Shown here: one piece after another, positions 1 to 21,716 of the stretch | How the letters are laid out: each line of letters opens with the position of its first letter | How positions within the stretch are numbered: position 1 is the stretch's first letter | DNA from: the human T2T-CHM13v2.0 reference genome, Homo sapiens | Length of the DNA stretch: 64,000 nucleotides | NCBI RefSeq assembly: GCF_009914755.1 | Contig: NC_060927.1 | Strand: one strand, 5' to 3' | The notes under the pieces: model-generated | What the model saw: only the letters and a program-made list of their open reading frames with translations | Told to the model about the DNA's origin: nothing | The model's database searches: none | Made by a program: the position numbers and the translations under genes

Positions 1-468
1 CACTTAAAATGTGGCTGGTGTGACCAAAGAATTGGATTTTTAGGCCAGGGGCGGTGGCTCACACCTGTAATCCCAGCACTTTGGGAGGCTGCGGCGGGTG
101 GATCACAAGGTCCAGAGTTCAAGACCAGCCTGGACAATATGGTGAAACCCCGTCTCTACTAAAAATACAAAAATTAGCTGGGCGTGGTGGTGGGAGCCTG
201 TAATCCCAGCTACTCGAGAGGCTGAGGCAGAGAACTGCTTGAACCCGGGAGGCACAGGTTGCAGTGAGCTGAGATCACGCCACTGCACTCCAGCCTGGAC
301 GACAGAGCAAGACTCCGTCTCAAAAAAAAAAAAAGGAAAAGAAAAAAGAAAAAAAAAAGAATTGGATTTTTATTGAAGAACTCAGGAACTGAATTTTAAA
401 TTTTATTTAATTTTAATTAATTTAAATTTCAATATTCACACATGGCTAATATCTACTGTACAGCAGAG
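1..468 (+). mobile_element. MER3 (hAT) remnant interrupted by a + strand AluS (43-358)
   Basis: gaactgaattttaaattttatttaattttaattaatttaaattt is MER3-like; Alu TSD aaagaattggattttta on both sides. Confidence 0.75.
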
Positions 469-959
469 CTCTTACAGTAAGAGACCCTTCTGAATAGTAG
501 AGTGGCAGATAGAAGGAGAGGCTAAGCTTTGCCATGTAGGCAGTAGGCCCTTTCAGACTGGAAGGGACCTGGATAAACTAAACCTGGTGCCTGGCAAGTG
601 CTGGCCAAGTGCTTGATGTGCTACCCTATTCCCTCTCTCTGCAAGGATATTTGTAATTGAGCTAGATGCTCTGAACAACGAAGGTCTAAAGACACAGGGG
701 ACTGGTTCTCTGATGGCACAATTTGAGAGAGCTATTTTGGGTGTGAATGTCTTTTGCCTACATCTACCACCTAGGATCAGGGTCAGACCCACTGTCTTTT
801 AAGAGGGTCAACAGTGTAAAGGCTGTGTCCAAACTTGCATCTTCTTAGACCAAACAATAACCTTCCTTCCCTCCCTTGGTCCTTCTCTCCCCTCCTTCCT
901 TCCATGACTTTGTGCTATGCTGGGTTTTGGGAAGAGGAGGTGGAACAACGCAGTACCTT

Positions 960-1329
<370 letters not shown>

Positions 1330-1344
1330 TGAGTATAAAAATGT

Positions 1345-1750
1345 CCACGCACTGGCTGGGAGCCAGATGATTTGGGTTCTGGGTTCTAGTTCTGTCTCCC
1401 CAGACTTGCTGTCTGTGACACAGCTTTCCCATTTGTAAAATGTCAGGGCTGCAGAGGACTTCTGAGGTTTCCGCCCTCTCCTACCTCCTGGGAGATTATG
1501 TCATGTAATAATGCTAACAGTGGTAATAAAAACCCAGCCACGTTGAGTGTTCCAGGTTTCACGCACTGTGCCAAATGTTTCACATTTGCCATTTCACTCA
1601 ATCCTCGTGGCCGTTTTACAACCCTCATTTTATAAATAAGAACCCTGAAGCTGCCTGAGTTTAGGTAACTACTTCAGGGCCACACAAGGAGTAAGTAGTT
1701 GAGTTGGGATTTGAATATTGATTCCAAACCTTGAGCTCTTAATGACTTTG
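1345..1750. mobile_element. MIR fragments
   Basis: MIR core-like text (ctcattttataaataagaaccctgaagct...cacacaaggagtaagt...gggatttgaa). Confidence 0.6.
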
Positions 1751-1864
1751 CTGTATACATTACTTCTTGCCACAGGTGGGCCAGTGACGAACGAACGTTG
1801 GGTTAAGCAGGGAGGTATTCTTGTTAGGATTATTAGCAATGCTTAGTGTATGTATGTATTGTTA

Positions 1865-2310
1865 ATTTTATTATTATTTTTTTGAAACAGTCTCGCTTTG
1901 TCGCCTAGGCTGGAGGCAGTGGCGCGATATCGGCTCGCTGCAACCTCCGCCTCCTGGATTCAAGCGATTCTTGTGCCTCAGCCTCCCGAGTAACTGGGAT
2001 TACAGGCACGAGCGACCACGCCCGACTACATTTTGTATTTTTAGTAGAGACGGGGTTTCGCCATGTTGGCCAGGTTGGTCTTCAACTCCTGACTTCAGGT
2101 GCTCCGCCCGCCCCAGCCTCCCAAAGTGCTGGGATTACAGGCTTGAGTCACCGCGCCCGGCCTGTATTTATTTTTATATAGAGAAGGGCGCGGGAGCGGG
2201 GTCATTTTGTTACCCAGACTGGTCTCGAACTCCTGGGCTCAAGCGATCCTCTCGCCTCGGCCTCCCTCCCAAAGTGTTGGGATCACCGGCCTGAGCCCCC
2301 TGCCCGGCCT
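1865..2310 (-). mobile_element. AluS plus adjacent FLAM-like monomer, CpG-retaining
   Basis: Alu consensus matches; many CpGs intact next to the island. Confidence 0.85.
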
Positions 2311-2344
2311 CGCTCTACGTTTTTTAGGCGCATTCTGAACGTGA

Positions 2345-2485
2345 AGTGTATACACTGAATTCTCACAGCAACTGCATAGGGCATCAGTACCAGTGCCCTC
2401 ACTGTACAGATGGGGAAAATGAGGCTCAGACAGGCGAAGTAAGTAGCTTAAGTTCACACAGAGAGGAAATGGCAGGGATTCAAAG
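2345..2485 (-). mobile_element. MIR at the promoter edge
   Basis: tacagatggggaaaatgaggctcagacagg...gggattcaaagcctagg. Confidence 0.7.
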
Positions 2486-3330
2486 CCTAGGAGTCCGCCT
2501 GCAACCCTCTCGCCTGACCGTCCAGTCTTCAGCTCCGCGGAGCCTGGGCCTGGGGCTGGGGCTGGGGCTGAGGCTCTGGAAGCCGCCGGGACGCAGACGC
2601 CACTGGGCCCCAGCGTCACGCCTCGGCCGCGCACGCACTCTCGGGTTCCGGGCCGGAGCGCGCGGCGGGAGCGAGGACGGCGGCAGGGAGCGTGCGCGCG
2701 GTGACGTACCGGGCGCCATGTTGGAGGGTTGGTGGTAGCGGCTTGGGGAGGTGCTCGCTCTGTCGGTCTTGCTCTCTCGCACGCTTCCCCCGGCTCCCTT
2801 CGTTTCCCCCCCCCGGTCGCCTGCGTGCCGGAGTGTGTGCGAGGGAGGGGGAGGGCGTCGGGGGGGTGGGGGGAGGCGTTCCGGTCCCCAAGAGACCCGC
2901 GGAGGGAGGCGGAGGCTGTGAGGGACTCCGGGAAGCCATGGACGTCGAGAGGCTCCAGGAGGCGCTGAAAGGTGGGGGTAGCTGCCCCCTCTCCATTCCC
3001 CCTCACCTTCTCCGGCTCGCTCTTCTCTCCTTTCAGGGCGGATGGTTCCGAGGACCGGGGCCGGGCGCGGCGTGGGGAGAGTGCTTCCCGGGCTCCCATC
3101 CCCCTCCACCTCCCCAGGGGCGGGGAGCCCTGTGGGCAGCTCTCTCCCGCCCCGCTCTGGCTTTGTGTCGGCCGCCGGCGTCTGGGCTGGGGGAGGGGAG
3201 CCGGGGAAACTCTTGCGGGGGCCCCAGTCTTTCTCCCACCCGTTCAGGGGACGAGTCGCGGACCCGCAGACCCCTCCCTCCCAGATATCCTCCTTTCTCC
3301 ACCAGGCTATCCGTACGCTAGGCGTTGGGG
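2480..3330. promoter_or_regulatory. CpG island promoter / 5' UTR of PPP4R2
   Basis: Abrupt CpG- and GC-rich block around exon 1, with NRF1-like GCGCACGC motifs (2628-2636, 2690-2698), CRE half-sites (2614, 2701) and a YY1-like GCCATGTT (~2715); no TATA box. Confidence 0.9.
2938..2971 (+). CDS. PPP4R2: PPP4R2 coding exon 1 (MDVERLQEALK + first base of D)
   Basis: gaagccATGG strong Kozak context; the peptide matches the PPP4R2 N-terminus as I recall it; donor AAG|GTGGGG at 2972. Confidence 0.96.
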
Positions 3331-3649
3331 TGGGAGAAAAAGTAAACGGTTGGTGGGGGCGGGGGTAGGGGGTAGCATCGCAACTTTTAAGTTGTCTCAG
3401 TATGCCTTTTTCAGGGCTTTTGAAGTCATCTTTCCGCGCCCTAATTTCGAGGTGGTTGCCTTCACTGTTCTTGATTGCACGCCTTCCACGCAACAGGCTT
3501 GAGAACAGTGGCTTACAAACTTCGAGTAGAGAGATTTCAGCGTTTTGAGAATTATTCTTTGACATTCAGAATCATTTGGGGACGGCAACTTGGGGTAGTT
3601 GGTGCTTCTTAGAAAGGCAGATTTATGGACTTAGATGAACAATTGGTGG

Positions 3650-3738
3650 GAGTCGGGGCCTGGGGATTTTTATTTTCACTGGATTCCCAGCTTAATATAA
3701 TGCTGGTGTTCCCCCGGACCACACTTCGAGAAGCACTG
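3650..3738. mobile_element. MER5-like fragment
   Basis: Ends ggaccacacttcgagaagcactg, like a MER5 terminus. Confidence 0.5.
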
Positions 3739-3976
3739 CGTTAAAAATGGTTTGTGAAGTTGAGTGCCCCCTTTAGGAGGATTCTTGTTATCTGTAAAGA
3801 GGGTGACATGTTGGAAGTAGAACTTGGAGGATTGAGGTGGTAATTTGGTTGAGAGGCCTTATTTTTTTAATTTTGTATTTAATTGATTTTTAATAAGGTA
3901 AAGGACTAGGAGGAAAGTTTGTTTTTAGAGCGCTTTTGAGAAAACTGATAACGTTTTTTTTTCTTCCTTCATCTAG

Positions 3977-4058
3977 ATTTTGAGAAGAGGGGGAAAAAGG
4001 AAGTTTGTCCTGTCCTGGATCAGTTTCTTTGTCATGTAGCCAAGACTGGAGAAACAAT
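3977..4058 (+). CDS. PPP4R2: PPP4R2 exon 2 ([28 protein letters not shown])
   Basis: Polypyrimidine tract + TAG acceptor at 3975-76 and donor AAT|GTGAGT; the 82 nt continue exon 1 in frame (phase 1 to phase 2). Confidence 0.96.
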
Positions 4059-6002
4059 GTGAGTTGAAAACATGCATTTGTCGTTATAGACCAGTGCATT
4101 ATTAAGAATTGCTCAGGAAAGGGAAAAAAGTATATTTTGGGATAATTAAATAATTCATTCTAAATTGTAGAAGTCCTGGTCATTTAAATAATTTATATAT
4201 TTACATTTAAAGAACGTATACGCTTACTTACTTTATACATGGTCTGTAACGGATTTTAAAAACCTGTGTATGTTAAAATTTTCTTTATAGCTAGGCTTTG
4301 GCACGCTTAGAGAATGTATTAGTCTTAACGAGCCAGAGAAAGGAAGAATGCCTATTCCATTATGACCCTTTTTGGCCATAACAAATAGGCTTATTCCTAG
4401 AATTTTGTGGCTTTGATTCTGTTTCAGAGTCTTGGTGGTATTTTCTCATATTGTCGTGTGTCCAGCCTTTTTTTGGTCATATTTGCATATGTAGGTGTTT
4501 AAAGTGTCACTTCTATTTATCGTCTGGAGGACTCTGTTATTATCTGACAAATTCCAGATGCTACAGTTTTGACTTGTAGACTTTCTAAGATAGCTGACTT
4601 GTTACATATGCTCAGCATTTTATTCAGCTCGTTTCCAAATGTTCTGAATCTGAAACTTACGCTATAAAGTTAGGGCTGTGTTCAGAAGGAACATTCCAGG
4701 TCATTGTTTTGCAGTTTGTGTGGTAGACACAATCTGGCTAAGTTTATTTGTAGACAACAGTGCATCTTTGATGACTTCTTTTTGTCGTCTTTGGGTGGGG
4801 GCTGGGGCAGCAGGAAAGGGGTAGGTTTCTATGGTTTCAATGTTAATAAGTGGGTTATCTGCCCAGTATGAGTGTAGCTTTCAGCAAGAATTGTATAATT
4901 TCTCTGGCTTTATTATTAGCAAGTGTTCATTTCTCACAAGATTTGCTTATTTGTAGTCTAGCCTTTTAACAACTAGCCTAATTTTAGAAAGAAAAAAACC
5001 TTTGCTGCCTCAGTGCTTGATTTAATGGTCATGCCTGCAAGCTGAGTCTCCTTAGTATTCTATTAAAATACACCAGTCATTTTGAGAACGTCACTGTGAT
5101 GTGTTCAATCTTGTATTTCTATTTATTACATTAAAAAATGGGACCCTCTGGGCGGGGGAAGTCATTTTTACCTTCGCATTAGGGTTTCATATAGAACATC
5201 TTGATTTAGAACAATGTAAAACTGTTAATTTGTGCTTATATAGATAAGCCTAAAAATGACCACATGCCATCTTTCAAAAATAAATTAATCCCTAAAACAT
5301 AAATGCTTAGACTGCCACTATTCCTCTTGAATTGCTAGTCGGCACAGACTTAGCCCTGTCAACAATGTCAAGCCAAATAGCATTTTACTTTTGGCTGTTT
5401 TTTGATATACAAGATGATATCAAACTATTTGGAGATGAGTACTTAAAACGTCTTACTCAGTTTATCAGGTTTGTACACACTGCTTTCCCTTTTTGATAAA
5501 GTACATTGCCTATAAATGTATAAATAATTGAAAGTTTCTAAAAGATAGCTTTTTAATATCCTGTCTTACTGGAACACCAAGTGGCTGGGGAAGTTATCTG
5601 ATTTTTTTTGGACAGTTATTTTATCCTGGTAGAAGAGGACTTAAAATTCCCAATCCTCCACCCCATATTCGGTGTTTATGTATTCACTAAGCATGTTTTG
5701 TACTGAAATGATTGGTGTAGTTAGATTCTTATATTCAATGGAATTTGGAAAATATTTTTTATTTTATTATGTAAATAGCAGCCAGTGTTTATGCATTTAG
5801 CTTTAAGCTTTGATTTCTTTTTATCAACATGGCATATCTTTGATACTGACATTTGCAGAGTTTCTGCTACCTATTTATGGCTAAACTAAGCTTTGTCTAG
5901 TATGTGAGATTGTAACGAGAGAATGAAAATGAAAATTTAAAGAACAGCAATTTAGACTTTTCTGATGTTTTAGGATGGGTGGATTGCTTAAGATAAGCAT
6001 TT

Positions 6003-6247
6003 CCACCGGATGTGGTGGCTCATGCCTGTATCTCAGCACTTTGGGAAACAGTGGGTCACTTGAGCTCAGGACAAAAAATTTAAGTTACCTGAGTGTGTTG
6101 GTACATGCCTATAGTCCCAGCTTCTCCAGAGGCTGAGGCAGAAGGATTGTTGGAATGTGGGAGGTTGAGGCTGCAGTGAGCCATGATGGTTGGTGCCACT
6201 GTACTGCAGCCTGAGTGACAGAGTGAGACTCTGTCTCAAAAAAAAAT
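6003..6247 (+). mobile_element. AluJ, internally deleted
   Basis: Alu left-arm start, right arm and A tail. Confidence 0.8.
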
Positions 6248-7149
6248 TTCATAGTTGTTTTTATTTTCACTGATGCATTATAGCAAGAAAGCATTAACAG
6301 AAGTAGTATGTGAAACTGTTTATGGATCAAAATCAGTGACCCCCCAGGCTGCTTAGTTTTCTTTTCAAAAGACAATTGATTTGACACTTGCTTTTAGCTT
6401 TAGAGAGGTTTTAGAATTGTAAGTATAGGCTTTTACAATGGAGGAGGTTGTAGGAAAAATGGAGGAGGCCGTAGGAAAAATTTGAACATTTTTACTTCTT
6501 AGTCTATTAAAATTACCTGTAAACATCTGATGTAGGAAGTTAGGAAAGATGCCAAGACATACTAAATTGATGTGAAGAGGGAAACTATATATGTATATAA
6601 CTAAAATAATTAATCCCCAGGTGAATTGTTTCTGGCCACTTCAAAAAATTGTTTTTATGTTGGAAAGAATACACTCTTCTGAAGGTAATGTAGTTTCTGA
6701 CATCATGCTAAATATATAGTATGCGCTGAATAAACAGGAACATATGGTGTGTTTCAATCATGAATTTAAACACTTGATGCATTTCAGTCATGGATTTAAA
6801 GGTATTTGATGGGTTTGAGTTGCAATTATTATCCTTTTTGACGGTCAAGTTGTCTCCCATTTGGTCAGTGGTAGCCTTTTCCAGTTGGCTCCAGAGTCCT
6901 TTTGACGTGACCTTAGTAGTTTTTGATAGTATCCTTATTCTCTGGTATAAGAATATGTTCCAAGCTCATTTCCTGCCCCAGATGTGAATCAGATATTTCT
7001 CAAGAAGACCTGCCTTTTAGTGGGAAATGGCATTTCAAGACTACAATCTTGGTGGTAGAGAAGTTTATTATTACTCAGCTACATAAAATACTAAGACTTG
7101 CAATTCAGAATGAGGAATACAGCGTTTTAAAAAGTTTTTTTTTTGTTTA

Positions 7150-8850
<1,701 letters not shown>

Positions 8851-9093
8851 AGGGTTTTTATAACTTTTTGCATACCAGGAATCCTGGTTCTCTCAAGAAC
8901 ACAGGCAGGGTATGATAGAATCAGGATGTCTTGTAATTACTGATTGTAACCAACATTACACATCAGAAAGTCTAAAATAATAATGCGAATATTACTGCCA
9001 CCAATATAATTACTAGGAATGTTAAATTTTTTTTTTTTACATATTCTCTATTTCTAGCCCCCATTTAAAAGTTTTTCTGTCTCCCTTGTCTGA

Positions 9094-11136
<2,043 letters not shown>

Positions 11137-11461
11137 AAAATACAGTGGTTTTTATAGACTAGATCTTTAAAAGCATTTTGAAAATCAATGTTGGATATTT
11201 TGGAGTCATTGTACTCAGGTATATGGTGTGGTCTTTTTTTTTTTTTTATCCACTTATCTACACACTGGTGGTGTAGTCTTTCAATATGAATTTTTAAATT
11301 TTTAAAAAATATTAAATATTTCAAGAAAGTGAATTGTTGTCTTTGGTTTTTTTGTTGGGGAGGGGAGGGAGACTATATTGCTGCATCTTTGCATATCTTC
11401 AGTACTTATCATTTTGTCTTGAATTCTTCTTTTGAGTCCTTTTTTAAAAAGCAGTGTTACG

Positions 11462-12385
<924 letters not shown>

Positions 12386-13344
12386 CAGAGTAGCTTTTCT
12401 AACTACATGGAGCACTCTCGTTGGTTTTGTGAAGTGTTTTAAGAACACGGCAGTTTGCATTCTGAAATTCCAGGCTGTGTTCTCCACTTCTGCTTTTTTT
12501 TGAACCTTGTCTTCATTTCTCTTGACTCTTTCTCCTCATTGTGGGGCTTACCTCTAGATTGGAGCACTGTTGGGTCCCTTTCAAGAGCTCAAGTGAGCAA
12601 GACCTGCTTCGTCTTTTCGAACTCAGAGCAGTCTATTCACTCATTGCTAGAGTTGGCAAAATCCATCTCAGTTTCAGCTGCTGTTCTCAAATTGGTCTGC
12701 AGTGATTTCCAATGAGTACCTGTTGGCTATTTTATGATTCTCCTGTTCCTAGGCCTTTGAAATACACCTTGACTTCTCTCTGTCACAGATCCCAGTAATG
12801 TTGAGGTCATGTGACTATCAGTTTTTCCTCATCCACTTTTTGGAGTCTGTGGGAATACTGTGTCAGCTAGTTTTGTTGTAAATATGGTCCACTGGTTTTT
12901 GGTTCTGCTCTCTAGTTTGGTCAGCCATAAGGTTTTAGAGAGATGAAAAACTGTAGCACCACTGCCACCTTCTTAGAATTCTGCTTTTTAGGAAAACTTT
13001 TACATCCCTGTTAAGTCACTTCCCTCATTTATAAAATGAGATAATAATAGTACCTTGAAGTGTGGGCAGGCAATACATAGGAAACTCAGCACAGTGCTTG
13101 GTATGCAGAGTAAATGCTTGATAATAATACTCGTTGTTATGTTGTTGATAATGCATATTTTGATTCTGCTTTTTTTTCCCCCTCTACAGTTTGAAGTTCT
13201 TTGTGTTCAGGTATTTTGACAAAACAGTAAGAAAATAAAAGGTTGTTTAAAAGTAGTTATCGACAACTAAGACCCGCATTATTACAAAGAAATTCTCCTT
13301 AAGCCCATGAGGCTGTTAGATCCTTTTGTGAGGTTTCTTTTATC

Positions 13345-13684
13345 TTTTTCTTTTCTGTTTTTTTCTGTTTTTTGTTTTTTGTTTTTTTTGTGAGACAGAG
13401 TCTCACTCTGTCACCCAGGCTGGAGTACAGTGGTGTCTTGGCTCATTTGAACCTCTGGCTCCCGGGTTCAAGCTCCCAGGTTCAAGCGATTCTCCTGCCT
13501 CAGCCTCCCAAGTAGCTGGAACTACAGGTGCGCACCACCACGCCCAGTTAATTTTTGTATTTTTAGTAGAGATGGGGTTTCACCATGTTGGCCAGGCTGG
13601 TCTCGAACTCTTGACCTCAAGTGATCGACCCGTCTCGGCTTCCCGAAGTGCTGGGATAACAGGTGTGAGCCACCGCGCCCGGCC
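13345..13684 (-). mobile_element. AluS
   Basis: Alu consensus with an internal 14-bp duplication ctcccRggttcaag. Confidence 0.88.
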
Positions 13685-16116
13685 TCTATGGGGTTTCTTA
13701 AGAGGGAATTTTGTTTTATTTTGTCTAACATAGTATTTCTTGAAACACTTTGAAAATTATTTCTAAAATGTCAGCCAAATACTACCTTTATGAATTTTTC
13801 CACATTCTTGTAACATCTGTACAATTCTTTAATGCTTTTTTTCAGGTCAGCTGAGTTTTTTTCCCTCAAAATTTTTTTTAAGTGGAAAGAATATTACAGA
13901 TAAAGGTCAAACCCTCAACCCCCAGCCCCCACCCCCCCTCCCATAACCACTGTGTTAATTTTTTTCCCTTAATCTTGCTTTGGGAAATAAGATCTGAAGC
14001 CATTGGCTTCTTGGTATAGTGGTTACGTTTTCTGAGTCACTTTACAATCTATAAATACTAAAATTACTAAAATATGAATTATCCATGTGTCACCTAAAGT
14101 CCTCTCATGTGCTGTCATCACAGTGGTACACAGAGGAAGCACAATAGATTTTCAGTAAATATAAGTTGAATAGATGCCCTTTTGCTTCTAAATATTCCAG
14201 TGAGTGAAGTTATTAAGATATGAACATGAATAAAATTATAGTTTTCTTTTTCATCACATCATGTAAACCTGAATGGTACACTGGAAGTTAGGCACGCCAA
14301 CTTTCTGAGTAGAGTTAATTTTTCTTATCTTCATTCTTTCGGGTGCCCAAATAAGCTCATGTTTTCCATGGTCGGTTTAGTTTTTACTAGTCGTTGGCTA
14401 GTTTCCTAATTGCATGTGAGTTAGCATGTGGTGATGGTGGAGTAATGTCATGTCTTGGAGAGAACATTGCTTGAGTTCCAAACTTAGCTTTTCTACTTCT
14501 TGGTGAGACTTTGGACAAATTATTTGTGAGCTTGTTTCCTCACTTAAAAAAATGGGGTTTGTACCTTTAGTTGTTTCAACTGTTGTGAGGACTTGAATAA
14601 TAAAGTATATAGCTATAGATATGAAAACTTGGGGGACAGTACAAATTATCTGTATGCTGGGCATAAATAGAATGAATATGGCTAAAGAAACGAGTCTAAA
14701 GTACTTAATCTTGTGGAATGAACTCTGATTGGACAGTCAGGAGAGCACAAAACAGATTTAGGTTTGAATTCTGAATTTCATCACGTAGTTACTATATGAC
14801 CAAGGCTGACTTCTCTCCCTTAATTTCCAGGTGTGTAAATATAGGTAATAAAGTAGGTCTATTTAAAGGGATGTTGTGGGGATTAAATGAGTTTATAAGG
14901 TGCTTAATGCAGCGACAGGCAGATAGTGAGTGTCCTGTAAGTGGGAGTTACTGTAACTAATTATTCTACTTTTAGTGATTTTCAGCACTTACGTTACTGT
15001 TGGTCACAGTTTCCTCAGATACTAAATGAGAGGCTTGTATTAGATGATCTCCAAGGTTCCTTCCAGCTTGAAAGCTTAGAGGAATCTCTGTGCTGCAGCA
15101 CTGTTTGTCTGGGGGTGGTATTGTAGCAGTAGCGACTACGAGTGGGGAATGGGACATGGTGATAGTGCTTAGTGTTAAAGTGTCTGATAATAATATGAGA
15201 TGTTAACTGTTCGGGAGTAATTAGTAATTGGTGAATGGTGTGGAGACATTAAAAAGTTGAGAAGCAGTTGTCTATATTGCATGAGAAAGAGCAGTCACCA
15301 CTACTACTAAACTCTTTAAAGTCACAAAGAGGTTCTTAAAATATCTGTTAGTTTTACCTGTATGCACATGTGTATCTGTATCTACAGATCCACTTAGTGT
15401 CTGCCAGTGAATGTATGGAATCATAATGTTTATGGACTATTACTGTATATGACATTACTGGACACCTGTCAAAAACTTCATGTTGCTTCAAAACATCATT
15501 AGTAAGCTTCAGATCTCATTAGTAAGAAGATAAGGAATTTATAGTCCACAGAGCACCTTGCTTTCTCTCTACTTGTAGACTAAAGGTCTTTTCTCTTTTT
15601 GATGTAGAAGTTTGTTATTCAGGATCCATAGCAAAAAACTGAATCGCTGACTAAAACTAACAGTGTAGATAATTGAGAGTGTTTACTGTTTAATTACATG
15701 TGCCTATGGAAAACATTATATGTTGAGAAATGTATTTTAGATCTTCATTTTCACCAGCTCTCTGATGTGTTCGTTTGCTTGTCTTCTCTCTGGTTTCACC
15801 CATGAGCAGTCCTGTTGATGTGTCAGGCTGCCCAGGTTTTGCATTGCTTGTAATACATGTGTGTGGAAATCTACATGTAACCACTTGCACATTCCATCCC
15901 TATCGGATACCTTGGGTAACCTATTACCTGAATATTAAATATTTTTGAGAACTCACACCATTGACTATAAAGTGAATAATAGCTAATTCAAGTCTCAAAT
16001 TAGTAATGATATGAAACAGTAGTAATAATGCCCTTAGTGGTATTTTTTAAAATGTGGCATGGAAGTAGGGCTTTTTCGTTATCAGTTAACCACTTAACGC
16101 AAAAAAATAGAAAACT

Positions 16117-17390
<1,274 letters not shown>

Positions 17391-17942
17391 TTTGGAGCTT
17401 TTTGCTTTTGTTAGGACTCTTATAATCGTTATTTCTGTAATTTCTGAGATTTTTCAAGTGGCTTACCTAAGCTTGACCTCATGTACTGTGGGGTATTTTG
17501 GGGCAATTATGAGAAGGTTGAGTGTGGGTCAATAAGATAGATGACTGATGTACCCTTAACATTTGTAATTTTGACTATTTTCCAGTCACCTCAAGGAAAA
17601 AAACTTTTAAGTAATTGTAATTTTGTAGAGACATAAATTTGAAACATACAGGTGATGAGACTGATACGTGTATTTTAACTTGAAGTGACTCTAAGCTTTC
17701 TATTTAATATATGCATCTTGGATTTGTTATTCTCAGTTAAGTAAAAATCTTACCACACCAATATTGGGAGGTAGTTCTAATATTCCCATTTGTAGGTGAT
17801 GAAACTGGAGAAAAATATATGCTATAGAATTTGAAATTTAAGGAAAGTGAGAGGTCTTAACATTTGTAATTTTTGCACTATTGTGTATATCTGGGAGGAA
17901 GGGGGAGAGTGAGGTAGCTGTCTATCAACTAATGGCAAAGTA

Positions 17943-18571
<629 letters not shown>

Positions 18572-19534
18572 TATTTCTATTTAAAATTGTGCAACTAAAG
18601 GGAATTTAATATTTTTAGAGATTGTTTTATTAGGGATACTGTTGTCTATGGTGATTTCCAGGGTGGCTTTTGAGGTGGTGGCCGTTTTTGTTTCAAAGAG
18701 ATTTGTTAACTGGAGACTGGTCCACCTTTTCTAGGGCTTTTGCATACTAGAGTGTGTCTTGCTGTAAGGAGCAATCTTAAATGTAGGTAGAATGTAGGCT
18801 TTTTTTTTTTTTTTTTTAAACCACCCTTACCAGTGAATACTAGTGGTGAATTTGAGATTTTCATGTTTGTAGGGTCATTGCAAGACAAGTCGTGTTTCTT
18901 TTCCTCTTGTGTAGATACTGATAATTTTCTAGTCTTGCCCTGCCTGCTTGTTCATAGTAGAGAGTTTTTGGGGATGATACCTTGTTAAGTTGTCATTCAG
19001 TTTTCTTGTAAATATTGTGTGTGGTCTTTGGTTTTGCTATGTTGCTTTTGGTAGGATATGGCTAAAATCAGTGCCATAGCCAGCATGTGGTTACTTTAAA
19101 AATTATTTCTGACAAAATATTAGATGGTTAGATGAACAGGTAAAATTTTAAAAGTAGCTTTAAAAACTTGGATTTAAAATATGGAGAATATCTTGATATA
19201 TGCTTTTTCTATTTACATCTTCATTTTGGTTAAGGAGGAATTTGGTGAGAATAACTGCATTTTGAGTGTAATGGATCACACAAATTAGGTAATTCTTGTG
19301 CCTATAAATGTGGAAAACTCATGTGCAAAGATGATTGAAATTGATACTGCTTTAGATGTTTCTGTCTCATTTTACAAAAATGTAAGAAAAAAGAAAAATC
19401 AAACTATACTGTTACCTATTTCTTGTATATTCTTAACAGAATGTTCTGTACACATAAGTGTATGTGTGTTAATCCTCTTGTTAAATGCCATGAAACTTCA
19501 GTTTGCCTTTTGTTATTTTCTTTATTTAGATACC

Positions 19535-21488
<1,954 letters not shown>

Positions 21489-21716
21489 TCTACTATCTGA
21501 AAAATAGTTTTAAATGACATATTTTAATCTAAATATAAATAAAACACTTAATTTGACCAATGCTGTTTAATTAAGCTAATAATAACCCTTGACAATAAAT
21601 TAGATCTGAAATTATTTGAAGATGTGTGAGATTCTTTGAGATGTGGGGGTTTTTTTTCCACATTTTCCTTTAATTCTATAATATTCTCGTTCACTTTTTT
21701 TTTCAATGCCTTATAG

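Noticed and set aside
2239-3565. Long ORFs over the promoter (361 aa and 286 aa on minus; 209 aa and 176 aa on plus)
   Set aside because: Pro/Arg/Gly-rich products expected from stop-poor CpG-island DNA, with no recognisable domain. The 209-aa ORF is the PPP4R2 frame read through the UTR and intron 1; its 82 open upstream codons have no AUG.
6437-6478. 21-bp tandem duplication (similar small ones at 38103-38152, 60856-60875, 62467-62499)
   Set aside because: Ordinary slippage duplications; two copies only, with no spacer-array structure.
14330-14415. Locally CpG-containing unique segment checked as a possible small-RNA pseudogene
   Set aside because: No match to Y RNA, snRNA, tRNA or 7SK that I can recognise on either strand.
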